Shown here: positions 29,912 through 39,676 of the stretch, piece after piece
Position numbering within the stretch: the stretch's first letter is position 1
Layout of the letters: every line of letters starts with the position of its first letter
From: an uncultured bacterium
GTDB lineage: Bacteria > Patescibacteriota > Minisyncoccia > Phycocordibacterales > PALSA-1337
Assembly (NCBI GenBank): GCA_903872035.1
Contig: CAIQIZ010000009.1
Coordinates: 7,299-71,298, forward strand
Length of the DNA stretch: 64,000 nucleotides
Direction of reading: 5' to 3'
Made by a program: the position numbers and the translations under genes
The notes under the pieces: model-generated
What the model was told of the DNA's origin: nothing
Seen by the model: the letters and a program-made list of their open reading frames with translations, nothing else
Database searches by the model: none

Positions 29912-31539
29912 TTTATTTGAATGAAATCGTCAGACCAGGCCGGACTAACCCAATATCTGGTCAGATCTACCTCCGGAAAATCAGGTTCGAGATGTGCCGC
30001 CGTAGAAAGCATATATCTGTATAGTACTCGATCATATCCCTTCACGTCAGACGGTCGGAAAGAAGCGATCGGGATATAATAGGCATTCAGTAGCGTAATA
30101 TTGGTCGGCAAAGGAGACGTGGTCATAGCATCGAACAAACCGTAACGAGCCTTGTTGTATTTGCCAATATAGGCATCATAAGCAGCTCTAGTATGTGGGT
30201 ATCCAAAAATATAATCGGCTACGAATAATTGTTTGGCTTGCGGATGGAGACGCTGATATTCGACAGCTGTTGCCACAGCTACCCTTTCGGCTGGACCAGC
30301 CAGCATCGCATTATCCCAAAAATAGAGAGAGGTGCCATGATAGATGAGCAAAGCAGATACGAGCATGATCGAAACTATGCGCATCATCCGGTTCAAGCTA
30401 TCCCACTCCATAACCAGAAGCATGGCCGCGCTCATGATGATAGATACGATGACCGGCAATATGTATCGGCTCTCATGGTGACCAAGCAGACCGAATATCA
30501 GAAAGAAGATTCCCATAACGCATATAGGCAACCAGAAAATATACGATCGATGGATCCTTTTGCGGATAGCACGGAAGATGAGCATGAGCCAAAGGCCAAG
30601 CAAAGCTAGATGGTTTGTAACTATGATCTTCAAGTAATAAACGAAGGAGAATCCGGACCATAGCGCCTCTTGTGTCCATCCGCCAAAGCCGGTTCCAGTG
30701 ATGTCTCCGCCAGTCACGTGGATCAGGCGCAAGAATGACCGCGGATGCCAAATGATCATCAGTAGCAAAGGAATGATGAGGCAAAGGCAATAGATACCAA
30801 ACGCTTTGAGCATCCGATAATTTTTATCCCGATACCATTTGATGAGGACGGGAAGAAAGATGATCTGCGACAAAGCGCTGACATAGCTCAAGCCGAAAGT
30901 TGCAACAAATAGGAACCCCTGCCAGATGTAGTAACGACGGATATGCTTTGGGTCTTCGATCATTCTGACAAGAAAATATATCTGAGCGATGAGCGCTGCG
31001 ATGACATATATCCAATGTTTGAAGTACGAGGAATATTCAAAGAAATAGAAATTGAAGGCCAAGAGCGAGACTCCAACCAGAGCCAACCATCGACTCCGCT
31101 TGGGATTGATCGTCTCTGTCATGAGCAGAGCGTAAAGCGACAAAAGCGCCAGAAATCCAGTTACAACCGAGATCAAGCGAGCCTTTCGATCGATACCTCC
31201 CCAATCCCAGATTATATAATTCCGGTAATCAGCAGCCGAATGAACAGCACCGGTCATGAGCTTGGCAGCATAATCAAATATGACCGCCGGCAAAGCGATG
31301 ACAGAAAAGACTGGGCCATAATATACAGTCGGAAGATCACGCAACCCTAATAAGCTATTGCTTTCGATTATATGTAGAGCCCCATTTATCGGGGATTGCT
31401 CGTCACCGATGAAGGCAGCGTGAAGTGGTATATTGGCTGTACCATAATGCACGGCCGGAAGATGCAGGATAACCCACAAAATGGCCAAAGCCAGCCCTAT
31501 CCAAAAATATCTTTTTGAACCTTTTATCCGATCCGACAT
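29908..31539 (-). CDS. GT-C-like polytopic membrane glycosyltransferase, paralogue B1
   Basis: more than 10 TM, FIGDEQSPINGALHI DE-loop; paralogue of 34624-36300. Confidence 0.45.
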   Translation of the reverse strand: MSDRIKGSKRYFWIGLALAILWVILHLPAVHYGTANIPLHAAFIGDEQSPINGALHIIESNSLLGLRDLPTVYYGPVFSVIALPAVIFDYAAKLMTGAVHSAADYRNYIIWDWGGIDRKARLISVVTGFLALLSLYALLMTETINPKRSRWLALVGVSLLAFNFYFFEYSSYFKHWIYVIAALIAQIYFLVRMIEDPKHIRRYYIWQGFLFVATFGLSYVSALSQIIFLPVLIKWYRDKNYRMLKAFGIYCLCLIIPLLLMIIWHPRSFLRLIHVTGGDITGTGFGGWTQEALWSGFSFVYYLKIIVTNHLALLGLWLMLIFRAIRKRIHRSYIFWLPICVMGIFFLIFGLLGHHESRYILPVIVSIIMSAAMLLVMEWDSLNRMMRIVSIMLVSALLIYHGTSLYFWDNAMLAGPAERVAVATAVEYQRLHPQAKQLFVADYIFGYPHTRAAYDAYIGKYNKARYGLFDAMTTSPLPTNITLLNAYYIPIASFRPSDVKGYDRVLYRYMLSTAAHLEPDFPEVDLTRYWVSPAWSDDFIQIK

Positions 31540-31555
31540 AAGAGACAGTCTAGCA

Positions 31556-32491
31556 TTATCCCCTTATATTGTAATCGGCTTCGACGATCGCGCCGATAAA
31601 TGCGTAGAAGAGCTGGATTCCGAATATCGACAGTGATAACACCAAAGCTGTCGAAGCTGGCACGGCGAAAACTGCCAAAATTCCGACGAACGACGCCTCT
31701 CTAACTCCGAGACCGGCCACGCTGATTGGGATGAATTGGATGATAGAGACGACACCGAATATCCAGAACCATTCCAAAAGAGATAGATGGATCGATAACT
31801 GCGCGGCGAGAACAACGATCATCAAAATCGCAGCGATTTGATAGCAAGCACCCAAGACAATATTCACAGCGATTAATGCTGGAGGTTTTTCCACACCCTT
31901 GAAATGCACTAACAAGCTCCTGACTGAGTCCGCTATCTTAGAAGACCATTTAGACTTTATGGAACCGAGGATCCGTAAAAACCAATCGCTCACAAAAGGC
32001 AGATCCAATGCGTATATGCTTCCGATTCCCAAGATGATGAGTAAGACCATGATCACAAACAGATACCATGGAAAATATCTCGATGAAAATGAGAAGCCGA
32101 TGAGCATGACGATCAATAGCCCGATGATTCCAGTCAACTTATCCAACCATACGGACGATATGACATTCTTCATCTCCCCGGTTCTTTTTCCCAGACGAAA
32201 AGCTTTGGCTACTTCGCCAGAGAGCTGTCCAGGTAAGACCATATTGTAGAATACATCTATGAAAGTAAATCGAAACAATCTGGCAAAAGGCTGTCCCGGA
32301 AGGAAGATCTTCCATTTGAAGACATTGATAAGCAGTGCGATAAAGTAGAGGACAATGACGCTAGCTATAGTAAAGAGCGAGAATTTGCCCCAGGCTTGAA
32401 CAAGATCAGCTATAGGCGTTTTGCGTAAAAGGATGTAGATCAAGACGAGCGATATCCCGACCTTTCCTGCTAGGGCTAATTTGCGATTCAT
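31556..32491 (-). CDS. UPF0104/LPG-synthase-TM family membrane protein (flippase-like)
   Basis: 8 TM with PGQLSGEVAKAFRLGK motif characteristic of the family. Confidence 0.5.
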   Translation of the reverse strand: MNRKLALAGKVGISLVLIYILLRKTPIADLVQAWGKFSLFTIASVIVLYFIALLINVFKWKIFLPGQPFARLFRFTFIDVFYNMVLPGQLSGEVAKAFRLGKRTGEMKNVISSVWLDKLTGIIGLLIVMLIGFSFSSRYFPWYLFVIMVLLIILGIGSIYALDLPFVSDWFLRILGSIKSKWSSKIADSVRSLLVHFKGVEKPPALIAVNIVLGACYQIAAILMIVVLAAQLSIHLSLLEWFWIFGVVSIIQFIPISVAGLGVREASFVGILAVFAVPASTALVLSLSIFGIQLFYAFIGAIVEADYNIRG

Positions 32492-32500
32492 GAATTGATT

Positions 32501-33415
32501 CTACACCTTTTTTCGGATAGAGATAATGAGCGGCGACTGCGCCTTGATGAGAAGAAGGAACCAGGTCAAAGCCGTGACGATCTTCAATCTATGCGCCAAT
32601 TCAAGCAGCTTCCTTATCTTAGTCAGACCAGCATAGGGTGTAAACTTGAGAGTCGTCATCCTTTCTCGAAAGACTTCTTCCCCCATTCCTAAAAACTCTA
32701 TCTCACCACTATCTATGTAGGGTCGCAAAATATTTTTTATGCTGAAATAATTTATTTCCGTACGGAGGGTTTTTGCGAAGGTTGGATCTCTTTTCAGTCC
32801 GTATTTCAGCCAAAGCGACCAGAACCATTTCGGCTGGTAAGGGATATACAGGCACGCGTAATGACCGTCATAGAAAGATCCATAGCTCGGCACGACCACT
32901 TGGATGAATCCGCCAGGTCGACAGACTCGTATGGCTTCAGCGAGCACTGCTTTAGGATCCCGGACATGTTCTAGGACATTGGTGGAAAAAACAAAATCAA
33001 AACAGCTGTCGGGATATGGTAACGATTCCCCAACTCCTTCAGTGACTATCTTCGGATCGATCCCATTGGCTTCCAAGATCTTTTGGGAAATCCCGAACGA
33101 TCCGTCGAAGCCTTCTTCGCTAGGCTCGATACCATACGGCTCTGCGCCATATTTCTTTTTTGTAACCACCAAAAATACTCCGAAGCCAGAGCCGACCTCA
33201 AGGATCTTTTTTCCACGGATCGATTGCCCAGAAAAGCGTTCGAGGAGAGCAACTTGTTCATCAACCTTGCTCGAAGAAAGCACATCATCGGTGCTCTTCA
33301 CAGGGTCGATCTTCCCTGTCTTCCAGGTAAACAGACCGTAAGTGTCATGGACTTGCTGCCAGACATCTTTCGAAACTTTCACTTGTGCTGATGATTGGGG
33401 TACTGATTGAGACAT
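32501..33415 (-). CDS. SAM-dependent methyltransferase (Methyltransf_11-like)
   Basis: KKILEVGSGFGVFLV motif I; FDFVFSTNVLEHV; RPGGFIQVVVP. Confidence 0.6.
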   Translation of the reverse strand: MSQSVPQSSAQVKVSKDVWQQVHDTYGLFTWKTGKIDPVKSTDDVLSSSKVDEQVALLERFSGQSIRGKKILEVGSGFGVFLVVTKKKYGAEPYGIEPSEEGFDGSFGISQKILEANGIDPKIVTEGVGESLPYPDSCFDFVFSTNVLEHVRDPKAVLAEAIRVCRPGGFIQVVVPSYGSFYDGHYACLYIPYQPKWFWSLWLKYGLKRDPTFAKTLRTEINYFSIKNILRPYIDSGEIEFLGMGEEVFRERMTTLKFTPYAGLTKIRKLLELAHRLKIVTALTWFLLLIKAQSPLIISIRKKV

Positions 33416-33429
33416 CTGTATATTTAAGA

Positions 33430-34584
33430 TTAAGAATTTATGAGATCAAGGTAGCTCTGTGCAAGCACATCCCACCCTCTCGTCATGGTCGACTTCCTAG
33501 AATTTGCGCCATATTCTTTTCGCTTCAGCGGATCGTGGTACAGCCGAAGAATGGCAGCCGCCAATTCATCATGACGATTCACAACGATACCATTTACGCC
33601 GTCCTGCACCAGCTCGTTGGTACCGCGATTGTTTGTGGCGATTATCGGCAGTCCCGAGGCCATGGCTTCCAATACTGTATTCGGCATACCTTCTTCAAAT
33701 GATGGCATCATGAAGATAGAACTCGACGCATAACGCGATGGCAATTCGTTCCGATCAAGCCAGCCGAGGAATGAGATCCGCTTGTCGACTTTCAAAGATC
33801 TGGCTTCGCTTTCCAGGGAATGTCGGAGCGGTCCGTCGCCGATGATTGCGCATTGCATTTTTTCAAAAGCAGCTGGCTCGGTAAACTGAATTTCCTTCAA
33901 GGCCTGGAGAATATATGTCACCCCCTTCTGCTCGACCAACCGCCCGACAAAAATGATCGAAAACGTCTGGCTCAAATCCTTGGACGATGCGGGAGACGGC
34001 GCCGGCTTAAATATATCCGTGTCGATGCCATTGGGAATGCACTCAACTTTTTTACCGAGAGGGCTAGCAGTCTTCTCGGCAAGCTCTTTCAAACCATCGC
34101 TATTGGCCACGATATTCGAAGCCGATCTCCAGACCATATTCGTGAGCGGCATAGTCAATCGATGCAACCTCCGCAAATTCTTCGGCAAAAAACCGGGCAC
34201 ATCTCCACCCTGAAGCGACAGAGAATATGGCACCTTGAATCTTTTGAATAGGTACCAAGCAACTAGCCCAGTCGGCATAGCGAAGAAAGAGATGACATGG
34301 TCCGGACGTTCTTCATTGACGAATTTTGCTGATCGAAAAGATGCTTTGAGAACATAATGGAACATCTCAAGCGTATTCGAACGGTCAGCTCTTTTCCGTA
34401 ACGTGCGAAGGCGGATCAGGTTATACCCCTCCGTCTCTGATTTCTCTTCGAGACCTTTGAACCATGTCGTAATGACCGTGACCGAATGGCCCGATCTAGC
34501 CAACTCGCGAGATATATAACGTGTCGTATTTCCAGCCCCGCCACCAAGCGGCGGAAACTCGTAGTTCAAGATGAGGATCTTCAT
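33430..34584 (-). CDS. GT4 (GT-B) glycosyltransferase
   Basis: MKILILNYEFPPLGGGAGN N-terminus; C-terminal FMMPSFEEGMPNTVLEAMASGLPIIAT. Confidence 0.7.
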   Translation of the reverse strand: MKILILNYEFPPLGGGAGNTTRYISRELARSGHSVTVITTWFKGLEEKSETEGYNLIRLRTLRKRADRSNTLEMFHYVLKASFRSAKFVNEERPDHVISFFAMPTGLVAWYLFKRFKVPYSLSLQGGDVPGFLPKNLRRLHRLTMPLTNMVWRSASNIVANSDGLKELAEKTASPLGKKVECIPNGIDTDIFKPAPSPASSKDLSQTFSIIFVGRLVEQKGVTYILQALKEIQFTEPAAFEKMQCAIIGDGPLRHSLESEARSLKVDKRISFLGWLDRNELPSRYASSSIFMMPSFEEGMPNTVLEAMASGLPIIATNNRGTNELVQDGVNGIVVNRHDELAAAILRLYHDPLKRKEYGANSRKSTMTRGWDVLAQSYLDLINS

Positions 34585-34623
34585 GAGATAGATGCAATGG
34601 ATAAATCGCCTCGCAGCTTCCTA

Positions 34624-36300
34624 TTATTTGACCATGATATATCGATCCTGATAATCAGAATAATTCCAGACCGTCCAAGGTCTAAAATCGAATTGATCAT
34701 TTGGATTTCCTCCCCAGACTTGGGGATCTAGGATAGCCGGCTCAAAAGTGATGATATGAGCATAAGTAGCCCGATCCTTGGCCGTGATCTTTGGCGCGGC
34801 AGCTGAACGATAATAGGCAGCGATCGGAGTGACGCTCTGAGGCGGCTCTGCTCCAAGGATATATTGCCAGAGATCCGAAGGATAACCGAACTGTCCGTGA
34901 TTATTGGCGAAGACGACATAGGCATCATGGGTATGCACGTATCCGAATGGCCAATCTTTGAAAGCCAAAAATTTGGCAGTTGGACTCACCTTTTGCCAAG
35001 CCACCAGCTCAGGGACTATGCTCCGCCGTTCGACCGGTCCAGCCATTATCATCCGCTCCCAACCAATTATCTGGACTGAACTAACAACAATAGAAAAGAT
35101 CAGGAATATCCTGGCCAAGCGCATCTTCAAATCAGTATGCCGGCTATTGGCATAAACCCACGAATACATGCTCATGACCATGAGGGAACAGAAGACGATC
35201 GTCGGCAAAGCATATCTGGTCTCATGATGAGTCGGCAAAGCGAAGACGGTATAGTTGGCAAAGGCCAAGAGGAATGTCGCCCAAAGCCAATATTTTGGAA
35301 AGATGATCTTGGAACGATAAAGCGCGAATGCCAAGGTGATCCCAGCGATCAGTAGAAATGGATCATTCAAAAGTATTATTTGCGCGTAGAACCAGAACGA
35401 ATGTCCACCGACACTGGAAGTCAGATCCAGGACAGCTGAAGTATGGGTGGTCGGTGCTGCAAAGCCGACGATAGATAGCATCCTAGTAAAACCATACGGA
35501 TACCAGAGTATCACTCCCAGAACGCCGACTGCTACACCGAGGACGTATATTCCCAGAGCTTTCAAGTTTGCGACCTCCTTATTCTTGATCCAAATGATGA
35601 GGAGCGGGAGCCAGAGTATCTCATATGCGATGCCTATATAGCTTATCCCGAAAGTTAAGACCGTCAGCAACCATTGCAAGAACCAGAACAGCTTTCGATG
35701 ACGATCTGATTCGATCATGAGGATGAGGAGATACAATTGCCAAAGGACTATGGCCAAGATAAATACCCAATGCCGGAAAAAATTGGCATATTCAAAATAC
35801 AGATAGTTCAGACCGAGAAGTGTAGATGCGGCATACTGGATCCATTTTTTTCTGGAAGGATTTAGTGTCGCGGTACCGAACATAAGGAATACCGCCAGTA
35901 AGCCCAAGAAACCGACCAAGACAGAGAGCAGTCGGCTCCATTCGAGCACCCCTCCCCAATTCCAGACGATGAAATCCTTGTATGATTCAGCTCCGGTCAC
36001 AGAGTGTGTGAGAATTCGAATGGCGAAATCGGCGACGACCGGCGGTACCGCGACGACCGCAAAGATCGGGCCGTAATACAATCCCCAGCCGTTAGAACGT
36101 AAAGTGAGCGGGTTCTTATTTTGCAAAATATGTAGAGCACCGTTTATCGGAGACTGTTCGTCAGATGTGAGATATGCCTCATGCAGAGGAACGTTCTGTG
36201 CACCATACCTTATGCCAGGAATATGCAGCGCTACCCAGATCAAACACATGACTATACCTATAGCAATGGCGAGTTTCCGAGTTTTCCGATGATCATCCAT
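34624..36300 (-). CDS. GT-C-like polytopic membrane glycosyltransferase, paralogue B2
   Basis: LTSDEQSPINGALHI DE-loop; start moved to internal ATG (MDDHRK) that directly follows upstream stop (track start 36369 is TTG). Confidence 0.45.
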   Translation of the reverse strand: MDDHRKTRKLAIAIGIVMCLIWVALHIPGIRYGAQNVPLHEAYLTSDEQSPINGALHILQNKNPLTLRSNGWGLYYGPIFAVVAVPPVVADFAIRILTHSVTGAESYKDFIVWNWGGVLEWSRLLSVLVGFLGLLAVFLMFGTATLNPSRKKWIQYAASTLLGLNYLYFEYANFFRHWVFILAIVLWQLYLLILMIESDRHRKLFWFLQWLLTVLTFGISYIGIAYEILWLPLLIIWIKNKEVANLKALGIYVLGVAVGVLGVILWYPYGFTRMLSIVGFAAPTTHTSAVLDLTSSVGGHSFWFYAQIILLNDPFLLIAGITLAFALYRSKIIFPKYWLWATFLLAFANYTVFALPTHHETRYALPTIVFCSLMVMSMYSWVYANSRHTDLKMRLARIFLIFSIVVSSVQIIGWERMIMAGPVERRSIVPELVAWQKVSPTAKFLAFKDWPFGYVHTHDAYVVFANNHGQFGYPSDLWQYILGAEPPQSVTPIAAYYRSAAAPKITAKDRATYAHIITFEPAILDPQVWGGNPNDQFDFRPWTVWNYSDYQDRYIMVK

Positions 36301-36302
36301 AT

Positions 36303-37766
36303 TTATTTCTTGAAGACATACTCGATCTCCTCGAAGCCGCCCACCCAATAGCACCAGATCCGACTGCAAAACGAAGGACTTAGATTTGCCAAAAACGAGA
36401 TCGATCTATCAGCGATCCAGAGGAAAAAGAGCGGGATGCTACCGTATCCAAGAGTCCGCAAAAGATGGAAAAATGCCATCCAATGCAGCTCCATCTTTTC
36501 CAACTCGAGATCCGTCCCGAAATATCCCCACCTGATATATCTTTTGTCGAAATAGTATGGAAATGTCACGTCAAACCCATGGCAATGCTCGGCATGTGTC
36601 ATGGCCCGGCTGAAATGAGGGACCTTTATATGGAGCTTTCCACCGGCAGCCAATATACGACGGAGCTCGGTCATGACCCGGAATGGTTTGTCCAGATGCT
36701 CTAGCACATGGAAAGCCTCGATGTGTTCAAATTCGCCATCGGCGAATGGATATGGAAAGACATTGAGATCGAGCGATAGATCTGGTGAGTACAATTCCTG
36801 CCAATCTATATTGACATAGCCTTCTTTTTTCTCTTTTCCCGATCCTAGATTCAGCTTTTTCATGTCATTTTTGGGGCGTTGTGATTGTATCAATCCGGAT
36901 GGTAAAACACCACTCGGCCATATCATCCCGCCGAATTTCCATGAGTTGCCATTCCGCTTGATCATGTACGTGGAAGCGGGGTCGATTTTTGGATCACTAG
37001 CCAGCCATTTTTCCAAAACGCTTCTAGATAAATAAGTCGTCTGCGGCGTGACTAGTTGGTCGAACGCGATATGTCGAAAGAACGCGAATTCTCGCTTTGA
37101 GATCCATATCATGTATGAATGCATCGGCAGCCTGGAGGCGAATCCACCTCTCGGCAAAGCCGCCAAAATTTTGGCATAAAAGTAAAATGGCACGGACAGT
37201 GGCGCGGCGACAAAATATTTGGTGAACCACCACGGCAAATGCGAAACGATCTTACGGATCGGATCGACGATGAAGATGACGGGGGCATTCCCTTCGCGGG
37301 CATATACCCAACAATGAAACCTGCCTCCTGGTCTGGTATTACGGACCACCGACTGGAATCCCTTCTCCGGCTCTTTTAGATGATGCAAAACGCCGATGCA
37401 ATAAACCAGATCGAATCCGTCGCTTTGAAATTCGACCAGATCACCTTTGACGACCTTCCATTTTCTGAAGCTATTGGAAGCGAGATTCTTCTCAGCGGAC
37501 AGAACCGAATCGCCGAGGTCGACTCCTTCGAGCAGAGCCGGCTTCCAGTCGGCCATATGAACCATGAGACTTGCATTGCCACATCCCAATTCGAGGACTC
37601 GCTTACCGATAACATCTTTCTTGGTCAAAGGTAACATCCAATCTTCGAATTGATCCCGAGTATAGATCGATCCTTCCGGAAGATTGTTCCAGGACGTAGC
37701 AAAAGCATCAGCAGTGGCTTTATCACAGACGGTCTTGGAATCTTCGACCACATCAAGCGATTTCAT
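36303..37766 (-). CDS. tandem-domain SAM-dependent methyltransferase
   Basis: two motif-I boxes VLELGCGNASLMV and NLGSGKEKKEGYVNID; each followed by acidic motif II and PGG motifs. Confidence 0.55.
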   Translation of the reverse strand: MKSLDVVEDSKTVCDKATADAFATSWNNLPEGSIYTRDQFEDWMLPLTKKDVIGKRVLELGCGNASLMVHMADWKPALLEGVDLGDSVLSAEKNLASNSFRKWKVVKGDLVEFQSDGFDLVYCIGVLHHLKEPEKGFQSVVRNTRPGGRFHCWVYAREGNAPVIFIVDPIRKIVSHLPWWFTKYFVAAPLSVPFYFYAKILAALPRGGFASRLPMHSYMIWISKREFAFFRHIAFDQLVTPQTTYLSRSVLEKWLASDPKIDPASTYMIKRNGNSWKFGGMIWPSGVLPSGLIQSQRPKNDMKKLNLGSGKEKKEGYVNIDWQELYSPDLSLDLNVFPYPFADGEFEHIEAFHVLEHLDKPFRVMTELRRILAAGGKLHIKVPHFSRAMTHAEHCHGFDVTFPYYFDKRYIRWGYFGTDLELEKMELHWMAFFHLLRTLGYGSIPLFFLWIADRSISFLANLSPSFCSRIWCYWVGGFEEIEYVFKK

Positions 37767-37806
37767 ATCAGGCGATTATAGACGAAAAACGATGGAATTC
37801 AAAGGC

Positions 37807-39675
37807 TTATTCCATCCACCTCCTCCACCACATAGAGAATGTCAAAAGAGTCCAAATCTGTTTGCGATTATCTTTTTTGCCAGCAAAATGCTCTTCCAAA
37901 ATCCGCCCGACGTAGCCAGCATTGAAAAGCTGCATCTTGGCGATCGATTCTGGTCCAAGGAAATCGAGAACAAGCGGTTTCAGATCTCCATTGATCCACT
38001 GATTGATCGGCATACCGAAACCTTTCTTCTTGCGATATATTATGTTATCTGGCAACTTCCCTTCCATGAGTTTTTTCAAGATGAATTTGCGCTGCAGACC
38101 TTTGAATTTGAATTCTGACGGCATACGATTGGCCAGATCAACTACGCGCGTGTCCAGGAATGGTGCACGAACTTCCAAAGCATTCATCATGCTAGCTCGA
38201 TCCACTTTCACGAGCACTTGGTCCATCATGTACATGCGTTCATACAAATATTCTAATTCGTCATAGAAGTCGCGGGAGTCCATTTCGCTAAGATAGCGGT
38301 CGATATCGTCAAATTCATTCTTTTGGGCGACTTTTTTCCAAACATCGTCGGCGAACAATGACTGTCGGTCATTCCGGCCAAATGCCCCCAACCATCTCTG
38401 ATCACGATATGCTGGATCGCCATCAAAACCGCCGACGAACTTCTTGGCTCGAAAATCGAGGCTCATATTGGAATGCCCCACCGGCAACATGCCGACTATA
38501 CGTTTTATGATCCCGTCTCGCATGACCGCTGGGATCTTTTCATATAGGCGCGCCAAGCGGTGTGCCAGAAAAGTATCATACCCGCAGAACAATTCATCGC
38601 CACCATCTCCGCCCAGGGCGACCGTGACATGCTCGCGAGTGAACTGCGAAAGCAGATAAGTGGGAACGATCGAGGCATCGGCCATCGGTTCATCCAGTAA
38701 TTCGCCTATCTTTGGGATGAGCTCAATGCATTCATTTACAGACAAGATCTTCTCGTGGTGTTCGGTGCCTAAATAGTTGGCGACCTGCCTAGCATAAGTC
38801 GATTCATCAAATGAGCTTTCCTTGAAACCGATGGAAAAAGTCTTGACCTTTCCTCGATTGGCCTTGGCGGCGTAGTAGGCAATGGCGCTCGAATCTATTC
38901 CTCCTGATAAAAATATTCCAAGAGGTACGTCGGATACCAGACGATCTCTTACTGCGGCGGCCAGATCGGAGTCGAGTGCTATAAGAGAGCCCGCGAAAGA
39001 ATCGGCTTTTGGCAAGAATGTCGGCTTCCAAAACTGCGTCTTCTTGGCTTGCTTGCCATTCCAGGTCAAAAAAGTACCCGGCTCAAGCTTCCAAGTGTCC
39101 TTGAAGATAGAATGCGGCGTCGGCACATATTCATATTGGAAATATTTGTTTAGCGACTCAAGATCGATCTCTTTCTTGAAAAATGGATGGGCTACCAATG
39201 CTTTCAATTCAGAACCGAACATAAGCGTCCCATTTTGCACGCTCCAATAGAGCGGCTTCTTCCCCATCCTGTCACGAGCCAGAATGAGCAAGTCTTTTTT
39301 GACATCATAGATAGCGATGGCAAACATTCCCTGGATCTTGGAAAAAACCTCGGTTCCGATCTCTTCATATAGGTGAATGATGATTTCCGTATCGCTCCGG
39401 CCCTTGAAGACATGTTTCTTCTTCAAGAGCTTCCGCGCTTCTGCAAAGTTGTATATCTCGCCATTGAAGATGATCCAAACCGTCCCATCTTCATTGGACA
39501 TTGGCTGATGGCCGGCTGGAGAAAGATCGATGATGGACAGGCGGCGTTGAGCCAGGCCGACTGTCCGCCAAACTTTCCATCCTTCGTCATCCGGTCCACG
39601 ATGCTTCAAGGCATCATTCATCTTCTGGAGAATGGGCTCGTCTCCTATTCCACTAAAGCCGGTGATGCCGCACAT
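37807..39675 (-). CDS. asnB: asparagine synthase (glutamine-hydrolysing)-family amidotransferase
   Basis: N-terminal MCGITGF Ntn-glutaminase cysteine; SGGIDSS PP-loop in synthetase domain. Confidence 0.75.
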   Translation of the reverse strand: MCGITGFSGIGDEPILQKMNDALKHRGPDDEGWKVWRTVGLAQRRLSIIDLSPAGHQPMSNEDGTVWIIFNGEIYNFAEARKLLKKKHVFKGRSDTEIIIHLYEEIGTEVFSKIQGMFAIAIYDVKKDLLILARDRMGKKPLYWSVQNGTLMFGSELKALVAHPFFKKEIDLESLNKYFQYEYVPTPHSIFKDTWKLEPGTFLTWNGKQAKKTQFWKPTFLPKADSFAGSLIALDSDLAAAVRDRLVSDVPLGIFLSGGIDSSAIAYYAAKANRGKVKTFSIGFKESSFDESTYARQVANYLGTEHHEKILSVNECIELIPKIGELLDEPMADASIVPTYLLSQFTREHVTVALGGDGGDELFCGYDTFLAHRLARLYEKIPAVMRDGIIKRIVGMLPVGHSNMSLDFRAKKFVGGFDGDPAYRDQRWLGAFGRNDRQSLFADDVWKKVAQKNEFDDIDRYLSEMDSRDFYDELEYLYERMYMMDQVLVKVDRASMMNALEVRAPFLDTRVVDLANRMPSEFKFKGLQRKFILKKLMEGKLPDNIIYRKKKGFGMPINQWINGDLKPLVLDFLGPESIAKMQLFNAGYVGRILEEHFAGKKDNRKQIWTLLTFSMWWRRWME

Positions 39676-39676
39676 T

